Of a stretch of DNA of 61,860 nt, positions 40,021 through 49,413 are shown one piece after another. This DNA comes from Coriobacteriaceae bacterium. Its GTDB lineage: Bacteria; Actinomycetota; Coriobacteriia; Coriobacteriales; UMGS124. The first letter of the stretch is position 1. Every line of letters starts with the position of its first letter. The notes under the pieces are model-generated. The model saw only the letters and a program-made list of their open reading frames with translations. It was not told the origin of the DNA and did not search any database. The stretch spans positions 1 to 61,860 of the forward strand of contig JAHZHK010000001.1 of the NCBI GenBank assembly GCA_019420325.1, given 5' to 3'. The translations under genes were made by a program, and so were the position numbers.

Positions 40021-41796
40021 ATGGCCAAGACGCTGGCAGGAAGGTGCGGAGCGGCACTGGCCGTGCTCTTTGTCGTGTCGCTGCTCGCGTTTGCGGCGCT
40101 GCATGTGGTGCCTGGCGACACCGCGACGCTTGTGCTGGGTACTGACGCCACGCCGCAAGCCTTGCAGCAGCTCCGCGAGTCAATGGGTCTTGACCGCTCC
40201 CTTCCCGAGCAATATGTCTCCTGGATATGCGGGGTGCTCACGGGCGACTGGGGTATTTCGCGCACGTACGGCGCACCCGTGTGGCAGGTCATTGCGCAGA
40301 CGCTGCCCGTGACGCTGCTGCTTGCGGTGTATGCCACCGCGGTTGCGCTTGCGGTGTCGTGCGTGCTCGGCGTTGCCAGCGCCATGCGCCCCGGAGGCGT
40401 GGTGGACGTCGTGTCGCGTACACTCATGCAGCTGGCAAGCGCCGTGCCGGGGTTCTGGCTTGCCGTTGTGTGCATGCTGTTCTTCGCCGCCAACCTGGGG
40501 TGGTTCCCTGTGAGCGGCTATGTCCCACTCACTCAAGATCCAGCGGGCTGCGTCCGCAGCCTCACACTGCCCGCCCTTGTGCTCGCCTGCGGGGAGCTCG
40601 GCGTGCTCATCCGCACGGTGCGCTCTTCCGTCATGGACGCGCTGCAGCAGGAATACATGCTTGCGACGCAGGTGAAGGGCCTTACGCGTGCGCGTGCGAT
40701 CGTGACGTACGTGCTGCGTGCTTCGCTGTCGGCGCCCATCACGGTCGCGGGCATTCAGATGGCGAAGCTCGTGGGCGGCACGGCTGCCATCGAGCGCGTG
40801 TTTGCCCTGCCTGGTTTGGGCAACTTGCTCCTCGGGGCGGTCGAGCAGCGCGACGTCATGCTCGTGCAGGGTATCGTCGTGTTTGTGACGGTGGCCGTTG
40901 TCGTGGTGAACCTGCTTGTCGACCTCCTTACTGTGCGTGCCGCAGGCAGGGGGATGTCTGCCACCTCGGGGGCGGGCAAGTCTGTGGGGAGCCCCCGAGG
41001 CCGTCGCGGCCTCATCTCGCTTGTCGTGGGTCTGGTGCTTGTGAGCGCTGTCGCCGCGATGGGCCTCATAAGTCTCGTGTGGACCCCCTACGACATCTCT
41101 GCCATGGACCTGACCGCCCGCTTTGCGCTTCCCAGCCTTGAGCATCCCTTTGGGTGCGACCAGTTCGGGCGCGACGTCTTGTCGCGGTGCATGGCGGCAG
41201 CGGTGCCTGCGCTGGCGGTGGGCGTGGGGTCGGTCGTGCTCGGGGCTTTCGTGGGCGCGGGCTTGGGCGCCTTGGCCGCCATGGGCTCATCGAGGGTGCG
41301 CACCGTCATCATGCGCCTAACCGATGCGCTCATGTCTTTCCCGGGCATCCTGCTTGCCATGGTGCTCGTGCTTGTGTTGGGGCGCGGCCTCACGAGCGTG
41401 CTCGTGGCCGTCGCCGTGTTCATGGTGCCGGTCTTTGCCCGCCTTACCTGCCAGGTCACCCTCGAGGTCGCCTCAGGGCTCTACGTCAAGGCCGCGCGTG
41501 TGGCGGGGCTCGGCACGCCTGCCGTGCTTGTGCGTCACATCCTGCCCAATGTGGCTCCCATCCTGCTCACCCAGCTTACGGCGCGCATCGGTTCGGCCAT
41601 GCTGCTCGAAGCGTCCCTGTCCTTTTTGGGTCTGGGCGTGCAGCCTCCTATGGCGAGCTGGGGTTACATGCTCTCCGAGATGCTGCACCCTGCGCTCGCG
41701 GTGGCGCCCGGCGCGCTGCTCATGGCGGCCGCCCTTGGCTGGAACCTTGTGGGCGACGCTCTGAACGACCGCATGCTCGGGAGGGGGTCGCTGTGA
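40021..41796 (+). CDS. Fused ABC permease (NikB/DppB-like plus NikC/DppC-like domains in one polypeptide)
   Basis: The first half has a DppB-type start (LAGRCGAALAVLFVVSLLAFAALHVVPGD) and an EAA-like region. The second half has a DppC-type N-terminus (HPFGCDQFGRDVLSR) and its own EAA loop (YVKAARVAGLGTPAVLVRHILPN). Confidence 0.75.
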   Translation: MAKTLAGRCGAALAVLFVVSLLAFAALHVVPGDTATLVLGTDATPQALQQLRESMGLDRSLPEQYVSWICGVLTGDWGISRTYGAPVWQVIAQTLPVTLLLAVYATAVALAVSCVLGVASAMRPGGVVDVVSRTLMQLASAVPGFWLAVVCMLFFAANLGWFPVSGYVPLTQDPAGCVRSLTLPALVLACGELGVLIRTVRSSVMDALQQEYMLATQVKGLTRARAIVTYVLRASLSAPITVAGIQMAKLVGGTAAIERVFALPGLGNLLLGAVEQRDVMLVQGIVVFVTVAVVVVNLLVDLLTVRAAGRGMSATSGAGKSVGSPRGRRGLISLVVGLVLVSAVAAMGLISLVWTPYDISAMDLTARFALPSLEHPFGCDQFGRDVLSRCMAAAVPALAVGVGSVVLGAFVGAGLGALAAMGSSRVRTVIMRLTDALMSFPGILLAMVLVLVLGRGLTSVLVAVAVFMVPVFARLTCQVTLEVASGLYVKAARVAGLGTPAVLVRHILPNVAPILLTQLTARIGSAMLLEASLSFLGLGVQPPMASWGYMLSEMLHPALAVAPGALLMAAALGWNLVGDALNDRMLGRGSL

Positions 41797-42647
41797 GTGA
41801 CGACGTTGTAAGGGCCGAGGGCGTACGCATCCTCGACAGGGACGGCCGCGTGCTCGTCGATGGCGTGGACGTGTGTGTGCCGGCTGGCGCACGTGTGGGC
41901 GTCGTGGGTGAGTCGGGTGCCGGCAAGACGCTTTTTGCCCGTGCCTGCCTGGGCCTTTTGCCCGAAGGCGTGCATATGGCCGCAGGCAAGGTGTCCCTTC
42001 TTGGTCAAGATCCCATGACATGCGGGCCGGCGCAGCTGCGCGGTCTTCTCGGGTGCCATGTGGGCTACGTGCCTCAGAATTCGGTGAGCTACCTGCATCC
42101 CGGCCTCAAAGTGTTGGCGCAGATAACCGATGGGTACCGTACCTGGCACAAGGTGAGCCGCGCCGAGGCAAAAGAGCGCGCCGTCGAGCTGCTGGGCGCC
42201 GTGGGTATCGCCGATGCCGCTCGGGTGCTCGAAAGCTACCCGGGGCAGCTTTCCGGCGGCATGCGCCAACGCGTCAACATCGCCATGGCGCTCATGAGCT
42301 CCCCTGAGCTTGTGGTGGCCGATGAGCCCACCGCCGCGCTTGATGCCGTGACGCGCATTCAGGTCGCCTCCTTGCTGCAGCGCGTGTGTGCCGAGAGGGG
42401 CGCCGCCCTGCTCATGGTGAGTCACGACCTTCCGCTTGTGCGTCGTACCTGCAACTCTGCAATCGTCATGCGCAAGGGCCGTGTGGTTGAGCGCGGGCAG
42501 GCAGCCGAGGTGCTCGCGCATCCCAGCCATCCCTACACGCAGGCGCTTTTGTCGGCCGTGCCGCATGTGGGCATGCCTCGAGACGTGCGTCTGCCTGAAT
42601 ATGACGAGGCGGGCACGCCTTCAGAGTCAAGAGGGGAGGGGCGATGA
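41793..42647 (+). CDS. ABC transporter ATP-binding protein (NikD/DppD-like)
   Basis: GTG at 41793 overlaps the permease stop (GTGA). GESGAGKT Walker A, LSGGMRQR signature, VVADEPT Walker B. The longer track ORF from 41154 overlaps the permease and was rejected. Confidence 0.8.
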   Translation: MSDDVVRAEGVRILDRDGRVLVDGVDVCVPAGARVGVVGESGAGKTLFARACLGLLPEGVHMAAGKVSLLGQDPMTCGPAQLRGLLGCHVGYVPQNSVSYLHPGLKVLAQITDGYRTWHKVSRAEAKERAVELLGAVGIADAARVLESYPGQLSGGMRQRVNIAMALMSSPELVVADEPTAALDAVTRIQVASLLQRVCAERGAALLMVSHDLPLVRRTCNSAIVMRKGRVVERGQAAEVLAHPSHPYTQALLSAVPHVGMPRDVRLPEYDEAGTPSESRGEGR

Positions 42648-43411
42648 ACGATCCGATCGTGCAGGGAGTCGGCCTCGGGCATGTTTTCGGCCACGGCGCC
42701 CGCAGCGTGCGTGCGCTCGACGGCGTGAGCGTGGCGCTGCATCCCGGCAAGACCCTGGGCGTCATAGGCGAGTCGGGTTCGGGCAAGTCGACGTTGGGTG
42801 ACATCCTGGGCGGCATGCTCGTGCCTGGTGAGGGCGAGGTCTTCTACAAGGGTCGCGCCCTTCCGCGCCTCGATCGCAGACAGTTCAAGGAATTTCGCCG
42901 CGATGTGCAGTTTATCTTTCAGGACTGCGCCGCCTCGCTCGACCCCCGCTATACCGTTGCGCGCGCCGTTGCCGAGCCGCTTGACGCCCTGCCAGCCGGT
43001 CTCGATGCGAAGGCGCGTGAACAGGCGGTTTTTGAGATGCTTGAGCGCGTGGGCCTGACAGTTGACATCGCCGACCGCAAGACCGGCGAGCTGTCGGGCG
43101 GGCAGTGCCAGCGTGTCGCGATTGCACGCGCCCTGGTGGGAAGGCCTGCCGTGGTGGTGTGCGACGAACCCACGAGTGCCCTGGACGTCTCCGTGCAAGC
43201 CCAGGTGCTCAACCTTTTGCGCGAACTTCAGGACGACCTGGGGTGCTCATATCTCTTTATCAGCCATGATATGGGTGTTGTGGCATATATGGCCGACGAT
43301 GTGGCGGTGCTGCACGAAGGCAGGCTGGTGGAGCAGGGCCCGGCGTCTCAGGTGCTTTCCGCGCCGACTGACGCCTATACGCAGGAGTTGCTGGCGGCGT
43401 CGCGCGGATAA
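42644..43411 (+). CDS. ABC transporter ATP-binding protein (NikE/DppF-like)
   Basis: GESGSGKST, LSGGQCQRVAIARAL, VVCDEPTSALD. ATGA overlap with the previous gene. Confidence 0.85.
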   Translation: MNDPIVQGVGLGHVFGHGARSVRALDGVSVALHPGKTLGVIGESGSGKSTLGDILGGMLVPGEGEVFYKGRALPRLDRRQFKEFRRDVQFIFQDCAASLDPRYTVARAVAEPLDALPAGLDAKAREQAVFEMLERVGLTVDIADRKTGELSGGQCQRVAIARALVGRPAVVVCDEPTSALDVSVQAQVLNLLRELQDDLGCSYLFISHDMGVVAYMADDVAVLHEGRLVEQGPASQVLSAPTDAYTQELLAASRG

Positions 43412-43620
43412 GGCATGTTGCCTGCAATTTTGTTTGTATGGATGCACGCGGCGGGTGGTGACGCGCATCGCAAGGGTTTCTGCGGTTCTGTATGCGCATG
43501 AGTTTGTGTGGGCCTGGCGGCGTTGCGCGTGTCGCGCGGGTGGTCGCAGTCTCGCATGTGCAGGCGCCTGGGTGCGCCTGGCGATACTTGCAATTCATGG
43601 GGTAAAGAGGAGGAATTCGC

Positions 43621-44481
43621 ATGGAACTGACGATCATCGGTCGAGCCGGGGGTGTGGGCCGTGTGGGCGAGGCTTGCTCGGGATATCTCGTGCAGGAGGG
43701 TCAGACGCGCGTTCTTCTTGACTGCGGGGCCGGGGTCGCCTCGTCGTTGCAGCGTGTCTGTGCGCTTGAAGAGCTTGACCATGTGGTCATCTCTCACTGG
43801 CATCCCGATCATGCAAGTGACGCCGGCGTGCTCGTGCACGGCCGCATTATCCAGCGGATTCTCGGTACCGCAACGAACACGTTGCACTTTTATGCGCCGG
43901 CAAGCACGCCTGATCTGGAACGCGTTGGCAAGGCGGACAACGGCTGTGCCAGCCATGCCATCGAGGCGGGAGGGCACCTTGTGATTGGCGACATCGACAT
44001 CGACTTCATGCGTACGCGCCACCCTGTCGAGTGCCTTGCCATGCGCCTTGTGGGCAGGCGCACGGGCGACGTACTCGTGTACACGGCCGATGGCGCGTTG
44101 ACGGAAGACCTTGTTGAATTCAGCCAGGGCGCTGACCTGCTGCTTGCCGAGTGCAGCCTCTATCCGCCCACCTCGGGCGAGGCTCCGGGCCACATGAACG
44201 CCGACGACGTGGCCGAGCTGGCACGCAGGGTCAATCCTGGCACGCTCGTGCTCACCCACCTGCCGTTTTACGGGCGCCGGGAGGACTTGCTCGAGTGTGT
44301 GCGCGCACGTTGGGGCGGTTGCGCTTACCTAGCCGGCGAGCTCGATTGCTACGGCGTCGGTGCGGCTGGCGAGGACGCCTGTGGTGAGGGTGCTTGCCAT
44401 GGGGCCCTCGCGGCTAGCAAGGATGCTTGTGCGGGGGACGCTGGCAACGAGGTGTCCGCACACGCAGGGGAGAGAGGCTAG
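43621..44481 (+). CDS. MBL-fold metallo-hydrolase
   Basis: LLDCGAG...VVISHWHPDHASD (HxHxDH motif). AAGAGGAGG RBS. Confidence 0.7.
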   Translation: MELTIIGRAGGVGRVGEACSGYLVQEGQTRVLLDCGAGVASSLQRVCALEELDHVVISHWHPDHASDAGVLVHGRIIQRILGTATNTLHFYAPASTPDLERVGKADNGCASHAIEAGGHLVIGDIDIDFMRTRHPVECLAMRLVGRRTGDVLVYTADGALTEDLVEFSQGADLLLAECSLYPPTSGEAPGHMNADDVAELARRVNPGTLVLTHLPFYGRREDLLECVRARWGGCAYLAGELDCYGVGAAGEDACGEGACHGALAASKDACAGDAGNEVSAHAGERG

Positions 44482-44484
44482 GCG

Positions 44485-45030
44485 ATGCTGCACGCGTACT
44501 GGGGTGACGGCAAGGGCAAGACGTGCGCGGCGATGGGCCTTGCGATGCGTGCTGCGGCAGCCGGCTGGCGCGTTGTTGTCGTGCAGTTCTTAAAGGACGG
44601 CTCCTCTTCAGAGATTTCCCTGCTCAAAGGGCTGCCGGGCGTTGAGGCGGTGCTGAGTGACGGGGCGCTTGCCAAGTTCACGTTTCGGATGAGTGATGGG
44701 GAGAAGGCGGCTTCGCGCGCCCTGCACGACGACAATCTAAGGCATGCATTCGAGCTTGTGAGTACGCCCGCCGAGGGGACGGCAGCCTGTGAGGGTGGCT
44801 TGCTCGTGCTCGACGAGGCACTCGATGCCCTGCGTGCAGGCCTGCTCGACGAGAGCCTCGTGCGCTCCGTCATGGCTTGGGCGGCAGGCACCGATTACTG
44901 CGAGGTGGTTGTCACAGGGCATAGTCTGCCTGATTTTATGGCTGAGGCGGCCGATTACCTCACGCGCTTCTCTTGTGAACGCCACCCCTATCAGTGCGGC
45001 GTCGCGGCTCGTGAGGGCATCGAGTATTGA
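44485..45030 (+). CDS. Cob(I)yrinic acid a,c-diamide adenosyltransferase (CobO/BtuR family)
   Basis: YWGDGKGKTCAAMGLAMRAAAAGWRVVVVQFLK...LDE...G is the CobA/CobO P-loop pattern. Confidence 0.7.
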   Translation: MLHAYWGDGKGKTCAAMGLAMRAAAAGWRVVVVQFLKDGSSSEISLLKGLPGVEAVLSDGALAKFTFRMSDGEKAASRALHDDNLRHAFELVSTPAEGTAACEGGLLVLDEALDALRAGLLDESLVRSVMAWAAGTDYCEVVVTGHSLPDFMAEAADYLTRFSCERHPYQCGVAAREGIEY

Positions 45031-45180
45031 TGCTGAGTCGCTGTGTGTGGCCAGGCGTACATGCATATCTTGCATGATGCGCGGCAGTTTTATGGGTAAA
45101 ACGCGCTTCTGCGTACCAGGATGCGCCAGGCGGGCTATGCTGATGACGTATGTGTCGAAACCATGGTGTGAGGAGCTACC

Positions 45181-46215
45181 GTGTCGCAGCAAACGAATGT
45201 CGCCGATCTTCTGAAGAACATCGACATGGATGCGCTTGTGCGCATCATGAAGCCGAGCGCGACCCCGGATGGCGCGCGTCAGCTCATATTGCCCGTGTAC
45301 AACACGCAGGTGAGCCTCAAGGCGTTCCCCGGCTCAAAGCACCTCACCGACACCCAGCTCGACGAGGCGCTCATCGCCGCCCGTGACTTGGCCATTGAGT
45401 TTGAGATGAATCTTTCCCGCACCCGCGCCGATTCGGAAGTGACGCGTCTCAATAACGCGCACGGCGAGTGGGTGGAGCTTTCCGAGCGCACCTACGACCT
45501 TATCGAGAAGTCGCGTTCCTATTGCGAGGAGTCGGGCGGCGTCTTTGACGTCACCATGGGTTCCGTCACGCCCCTGTGGGATTTCCACAACGCCGTCGTG
45601 CCGAGCCGCGAGGCGCTCGACGAGGCCCTCAAGCATGTGGGCTGGAAGATGATTGAGTGCGACCCGCAGCGCCGCGCCGTGCGTCTGGCCGACCCCGCCG
45701 CGCGCATCGATCTGGGCGGCATCGCCAAGGGCTACATCGCCGACGCCCTCGCCGGCGAGCTGGTGGCCCACGGCTGCGACTGCGCCTTCGTGAACCTGGG
45801 CGGAAACGTGCTCACCGTGGGCTCGCGTCCCGACGGCACGCCTTGGCGCATCGGCGTGCGCGACCCCAAGGCCCCCTCGAAGATGCGCGCCGTGCTGCCC
45901 GTAGTGGGAAAGTCCATCGTGACGAGCGGCCTGTACGAGCGCAACTTCACCAAGGACGGCGTGTTCTACCACCATATCTTGAACCCCGAGGACGGCATGC
46001 CCGTCAAGACCGACGTGGGAGGCGCCACCATCGTGAGCGACCTGTCGCTCGACGGTGACGGCTTCTCCACGACGCTCTTTGCCCTGGGCGTGGAGGGTGC
46101 GCTCGCATTCTTGGAAGAGCACCCCAACCTCGAGGGCATCATCATCGACAAGGACGACGCTGTGCATGTGACGAGCGGCCTTGCCAAGTCCATCCAGCTT
46201 GTGGACAACAAGTAG
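45181..46215 (+). CDS. apbE: FAD:protein FMN transferase (ApbE family)
   Basis: S.V.RLN......VFDVTMG.V..LW.F and IDLGGIAKGYIADAL, TSG.YER.F...G..YHHIL.P..G.P. GTG start after an AGGAG RBS. Confidence 0.8.
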   Translation: MSQQTNVADLLKNIDMDALVRIMKPSATPDGARQLILPVYNTQVSLKAFPGSKHLTDTQLDEALIAARDLAIEFEMNLSRTRADSEVTRLNNAHGEWVELSERTYDLIEKSRSYCEESGGVFDVTMGSVTPLWDFHNAVVPSREALDEALKHVGWKMIECDPQRRAVRLADPAARIDLGGIAKGYIADALAGELVAHGCDCAFVNLGGNVLTVGSRPDGTPWRIGVRDPKAPSKMRAVLPVVGKSIVTSGLYERNFTKDGVFYHHILNPEDGMPVKTDVGGATIVSDLSLDGDGFSTTLFALGVEGALAFLEEHPNLEGIIIDKDDAVHVTSGLAKSIQLVDNK

Positions 46216-46232
46216 GGTTTAAGGCGGCTGTG

Positions 46233-46964
46233 CTAGACCTCGGGCAGGGTCTCGACGTAGGCGGCGAAATCTTCCATCGTGCCATGGGGCAGCGTGTCGA
46301 GCGGCACGCTGCCTTTTTCATGTTCGACGAGGCAGTCGGTCACGATATAGACGTCCATGCCCACGGCGCTGGCCATGCCGTCGTCGCGCGTGTCGTTGCC
46401 CACCATGAGGACCTCGTTGGCACGAAGACCGCAGACCTCAAGATTCTCCTGGTAGTAGCGGGGGTCAGGCTTGGCGAAACGGCTGTTCTCGTAAGAAGTC
46501 ACGCGCTCGAAGAAGGAGGGGTCCACGCCCGTCCAGGCAAGGCGCTGCGCGGTGCACATCGCGGGGAAGACGGGGTTCGTCGCCAGTATGAGGCGGTAAC
46601 CCTTCTCATGCAGGCGCGTCACAACCTTCGCCGCGAGGGGTGCCGACTGCGTTTTTTCCTCAAGCTTGCCGAACCAAGTCGTGTAGAACTCCTCGAACAG
46701 CTTTTCCCACGGGGCCGTCTGTCCGTAGGTTTTGCTCATGTAGTCGGGAAAACCCGCCCAAAAGCGCTCTTCGTTGGTGGTGTGGCCTTCGCTTCCGGCG
46801 AGCATGACTTCCAGGTTCTTCATGATGCCGTCGCATACTTGCTTGCCGTCGTAGCCCTTGGTCTGGAAGAACGCGCCCACCAGGTGCAGGTAGTGCTCGA
46901 GGAACTCCTTGAGGTCCATGGGAAGAAGCGTCCCGTCCAGGTCGAAGAAAATCGCCTTATACAT
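46233..46964 (-). CDS. HAD-superfamily hydrolase
   Basis: MYKAIFFDLDGTLL (DxDGT motif I), later LATNP and VGNDTRDD. Confidence 0.75.
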   Translation of the reverse strand: MYKAIFFDLDGTLLPMDLKEFLEHYLHLVGAFFQTKGYDGKQVCDGIMKNLEVMLAGSEGHTTNEERFWAGFPDYMSKTYGQTAPWEKLFEEFYTTWFGKLEEKTQSAPLAAKVVTRLHEKGYRLILATNPVFPAMCTAQRLAWTGVDPSFFERVTSYENSRFAKPDPRYYQENLEVCGLRANEVLMVGNDTRDDGMASAVGMDVYIVTDCLVEHEKGSVPLDTLPHGTMEDFAAYVETLPEV

Positions 46965-47062
46965 GAATCCAGCCCTTTCAATGGCGTTTGAGTGATTGAG
47001 TCATCGCAGGTATCTTACAATGAAGGTTCGTATCTTCGTCGTCTTTGGGGTGTTCGGCACAC

Positions 47063-48670
47063 ATGTGGCTCAGACTTCGCATAAATGATGTGTGCGCCAT
47101 CGTGAATACGTTGGGCACCCTGGTGAGCGGCATCGGCGCGGCCATGCTTGTGCCGCTTGTCGTGGCACTTGCTGCGGGGGAGTACCGGCCCGCCGCGAGC
47201 TTCTTGCTTTCCTTCGGGGCGACGTTTGCCCTCGGTAGCGCCATGCGCCTTGTGCGTCCCAAGACCCGCGGGCTGTCGCGCACGCAGGCGCTCGTCGTCA
47301 CGGGTCTGGCGTGGGTTGCCGCGTCGCTTGTCAGTGCTCTGCCGTTTGTGGTGCAAGGCCTGTACGCCTCGCCCTTCGACGCCTTCTTCGACGCGGTGTC
47401 GTGCTATACGGGCACGGGCATGTCGCTCATCCAGCGTCTGTCGCACCTGCCGTACTCGTTTGGCGTGTGGCGCATGATCATGCTTGCCATTGGCGCCCAG
47501 GGTATCGTCATTATGGCCCTGGCGCTTGGAACCATCTCCAAGTTCTCCGGCGCTAGCATGCTGTTCGAGGCCGAGGGTCATCAGGACAAGCTCATGCCCG
47601 GCATGGCCGACACGTCCCGCTTCATTATCCTGTTCATGGGGTCGTTCATCGCCCTGGGAACGCTCGTTTGCAGCCTGATGTGCCTGGTTCTGTGCGGGAT
47701 GCAGCCTTTGCGCGCCATCTACCATGGGTTTAGCCTGGCTGTTGCCGCCGCTGCTACGGGCGGCATCACCGTCATGGACGTGGGGGCCATCTACTACCAC
47801 CAGCCCGCCATCTATGCCATGCTCATCTGCCTCATGCTTGCCGGCACGTTCAGCTTCGCCGTGTACCTGCGCATGTCGACCAAGGGCCCCCGCGAGCTTC
47901 TTCGCGATGTTGAGACGCGCATGATCCTGGCCTGGAGCTTCGTGGTGCTCACACTCCTTGCCGTGTCGTTTGCCCAAGACGACGCCTTTGGCGATTTGGG
48001 CACCTTCTTAGACAAGGGCGTCTTTAACGCGGTGTCGGCCCTGACGAGCACGGGCTTCTGCACCTTGTCGAGCGCCCAGCTCACCGGCGTGGCGAGCCGC
48101 GCGGTGCTCTTCTGCTTCATCTTGGGCATGGCCATGGGCGGTGCCACGTCCTCCACCGCCGGCGGCGTCAAGGCCATTCGCGTGGTCGTTGCCATCAAGA
48201 CGTTCGTCAGCGAGGTCCGCCGCGTGCTCATGCCCTCGAGCGCCCGCGAAGTCATCCGGTACTATCACCTCGGCCAGCGCACGCTCACGAGCGAGCTGTC
48301 ACGCAACGCCATGATCGTCTTCTTGCTGTTTATGCTTACCTACCTGGTGGGCGGCATGGCGGGTGTGCTTTTTGGAATCGACCCGCTTTCGGCGATGTTC
48401 GAGAGCGTCTCGTGCACCAACAACTGCGGCATCTCGGCTGGTGTGGTATCGCCCGACCTGCCGGCCGCGCTCAAGACGGTCTACCTGGTGCAGATGCTTG
48501 CCGGGCGTCTCGAGTTCGTGACGTTTCTGGCAACGCTCGCCAGCGTCGCCGTGTCGTGCGTGCGCGGCTTCCAAGACAGCCCCGTCGGAAGTGGCCTGCG
48601 CTCCCTTGTGCCCGAAAACGCCCGCCGTGCCTGGCGCGGCCTGCCCGCACGTCGAGGACCGAGGAGGTAG
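47063..48670 (+). CDS. TrkH/KtrB-family potassium uptake permease
   Basis: Multi-TM protein with repeated selectivity-filter-like segments (CYTGTGMS, AATGGIT, LTSTGF, CTNNCGIS). ATG at 47063 preferred over the TTG at 47045. Confidence 0.8.
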   Translation: MWLRLRINDVCAIVNTLGTLVSGIGAAMLVPLVVALAAGEYRPAASFLLSFGATFALGSAMRLVRPKTRGLSRTQALVVTGLAWVAASLVSALPFVVQGLYASPFDAFFDAVSCYTGTGMSLIQRLSHLPYSFGVWRMIMLAIGAQGIVIMALALGTISKFSGASMLFEAEGHQDKLMPGMADTSRFIILFMGSFIALGTLVCSLMCLVLCGMQPLRAIYHGFSLAVAAAATGGITVMDVGAIYYHQPAIYAMLICLMLAGTFSFAVYLRMSTKGPRELLRDVETRMILAWSFVVLTLLAVSFAQDDAFGDLGTFLDKGVFNAVSALTSTGFCTLSSAQLTGVASRAVLFCFILGMAMGGATSSTAGGVKAIRVVVAIKTFVSEVRRVLMPSSAREVIRYYHLGQRTLTSELSRNAMIVFLLFMLTYLVGGMAGVLFGIDPLSAMFESVSCTNNCGISAGVVSPDLPAALKTVYLVQMLAGRLEFVTFLATLASVAVSCVRGFQDSPVGSGLRSLVPENARRAWRGLPARRGPRR

Positions 48671-48675
48671 GCGCC

Positions 48676-49413
48676 GTGGCCCCCATTGACAACCCCCAAA
48701 TCAAGAAGAGGCTCGACAAGCGTCAGCGCGCCTGGCGGGGCTTCTGCGACACCCTGAAGGTGTTTGCACGCGTGACGGTGTACGCCGTGGGGCTGACCGT
48801 CGCCTTCTACCTGGTGGCCCTCGCCCTGTTCCTGCTTGCGCCCTCGGTGGGCAAGGCCGACGAGGCGACCGGCTCGAAGGCTTCGCAGCCCGCGCAAATG
48901 CCCGTGTACGACGCGGCTCTGGGAGGCGGTAGCGGCATCTTGCCCACGGGCCTTTCCGAGGACGACGCGAGTTACGTGTCGATCTCGCGCCTGGAGTCGG
49001 GCGACGCTTCCTGCGACGACTCGCTCGTGTCGTTTCGCGGCGAAGTCGTCGGTGAGCCGGTGAACTCTTCGAGCAGCTCACACAAGTGGGTTCTCGTGCA
49101 GTCCAGCGGCGCCCGCACGAGTTCCATTGAGGTCCTCATGACCAACGAGCAGGTGGCACAGATCAAAAACTGGGGTAGCTACCAGGTAAAAGGCGCCACC
49201 GTTCGCGTGACGGGAATCTACCGTGTCGCTGATGCCAACAACACGGGCACACTCGATGTCACCGCATATGTCGTGCGCGTGGTCGACGAGGGCGGCCCGC
49301 TTGAGCCTGAGCCCGTCAACACCCACGTTGTGGTGGCTGGTGCCTCTCTGGTGGTGTTAGGGGGCATCCTCACTGGTGTCAACGTTTATCAAAGGAGAAG
49401 GTCCCGCTCATGA
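48676..49413 (+). CDS. Hypothetical membrane protein (N- and C-terminal TM segments, central beta-rich domain)
   Basis: GTG at 48676, 8 nt after a GAGGAGG RBS. The longer track ORF from 48412 overlaps trkH. The stop overlaps the rsgA start (ATGA). Confidence 0.45.
   Translation: MAPIDNPQIKKRLDKRQRAWRGFCDTLKVFARVTVYAVGLTVAFYLVALALFLLAPSVGKADEATGSKASQPAQMPVYDAALGGGSGILPTGLSEDDASYVSISRLESGDASCDDSLVSFRGEVVGEPVNSSSSSHKWVLVQSSGARTSSIEVLMTNEQVAQIKNWGSYQVKGATVRVTGIYRVADANNTGTLDVTAYVVRVVDEGGPLEPEPVNTHVVVAGASLVVLGGILTGVNVYQRRRSRS

Noticed and set aside
35964-40493. 1509-aa ORF on the minus strand. Similar long ORFs are 216..1955 +, 18779..20581 +, 27644..29659 -, 24926..25894 +, 3901..5025 - and 13283..14374 -.
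   Set aside because: All lie antisense or out of frame to genes with clear family signatures (topA, the nik genes, patB, pepF, the aminotransferase/menG, metG). Their translations are Arg/Ala/Gly/His-rich low-complexity strings typical of stop-poor frames in high-GC DNA.
41154-41792. The N-terminal 213 aa of track ORF 41154..42647. Likewise 48412..48675, 51534..51686, 55320..55394, 57048..57200 and 15478..15546.
   Set aside because: These extensions overlap the preceding well-supported gene in another frame and are Arg/Ala-rich. Internal starts with an RBS and stop-start overlap (GTGA/ATGA) give family-typical N-termini.
43412-43620. Possible cobalamin riboswitch upstream of the MBL hydrolase / CobO adenosyltransferase genes.
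   Set aside because: No B12-box-like GCCACTG core is visible, only short GC-rich hairpins. The context alone is insufficient.
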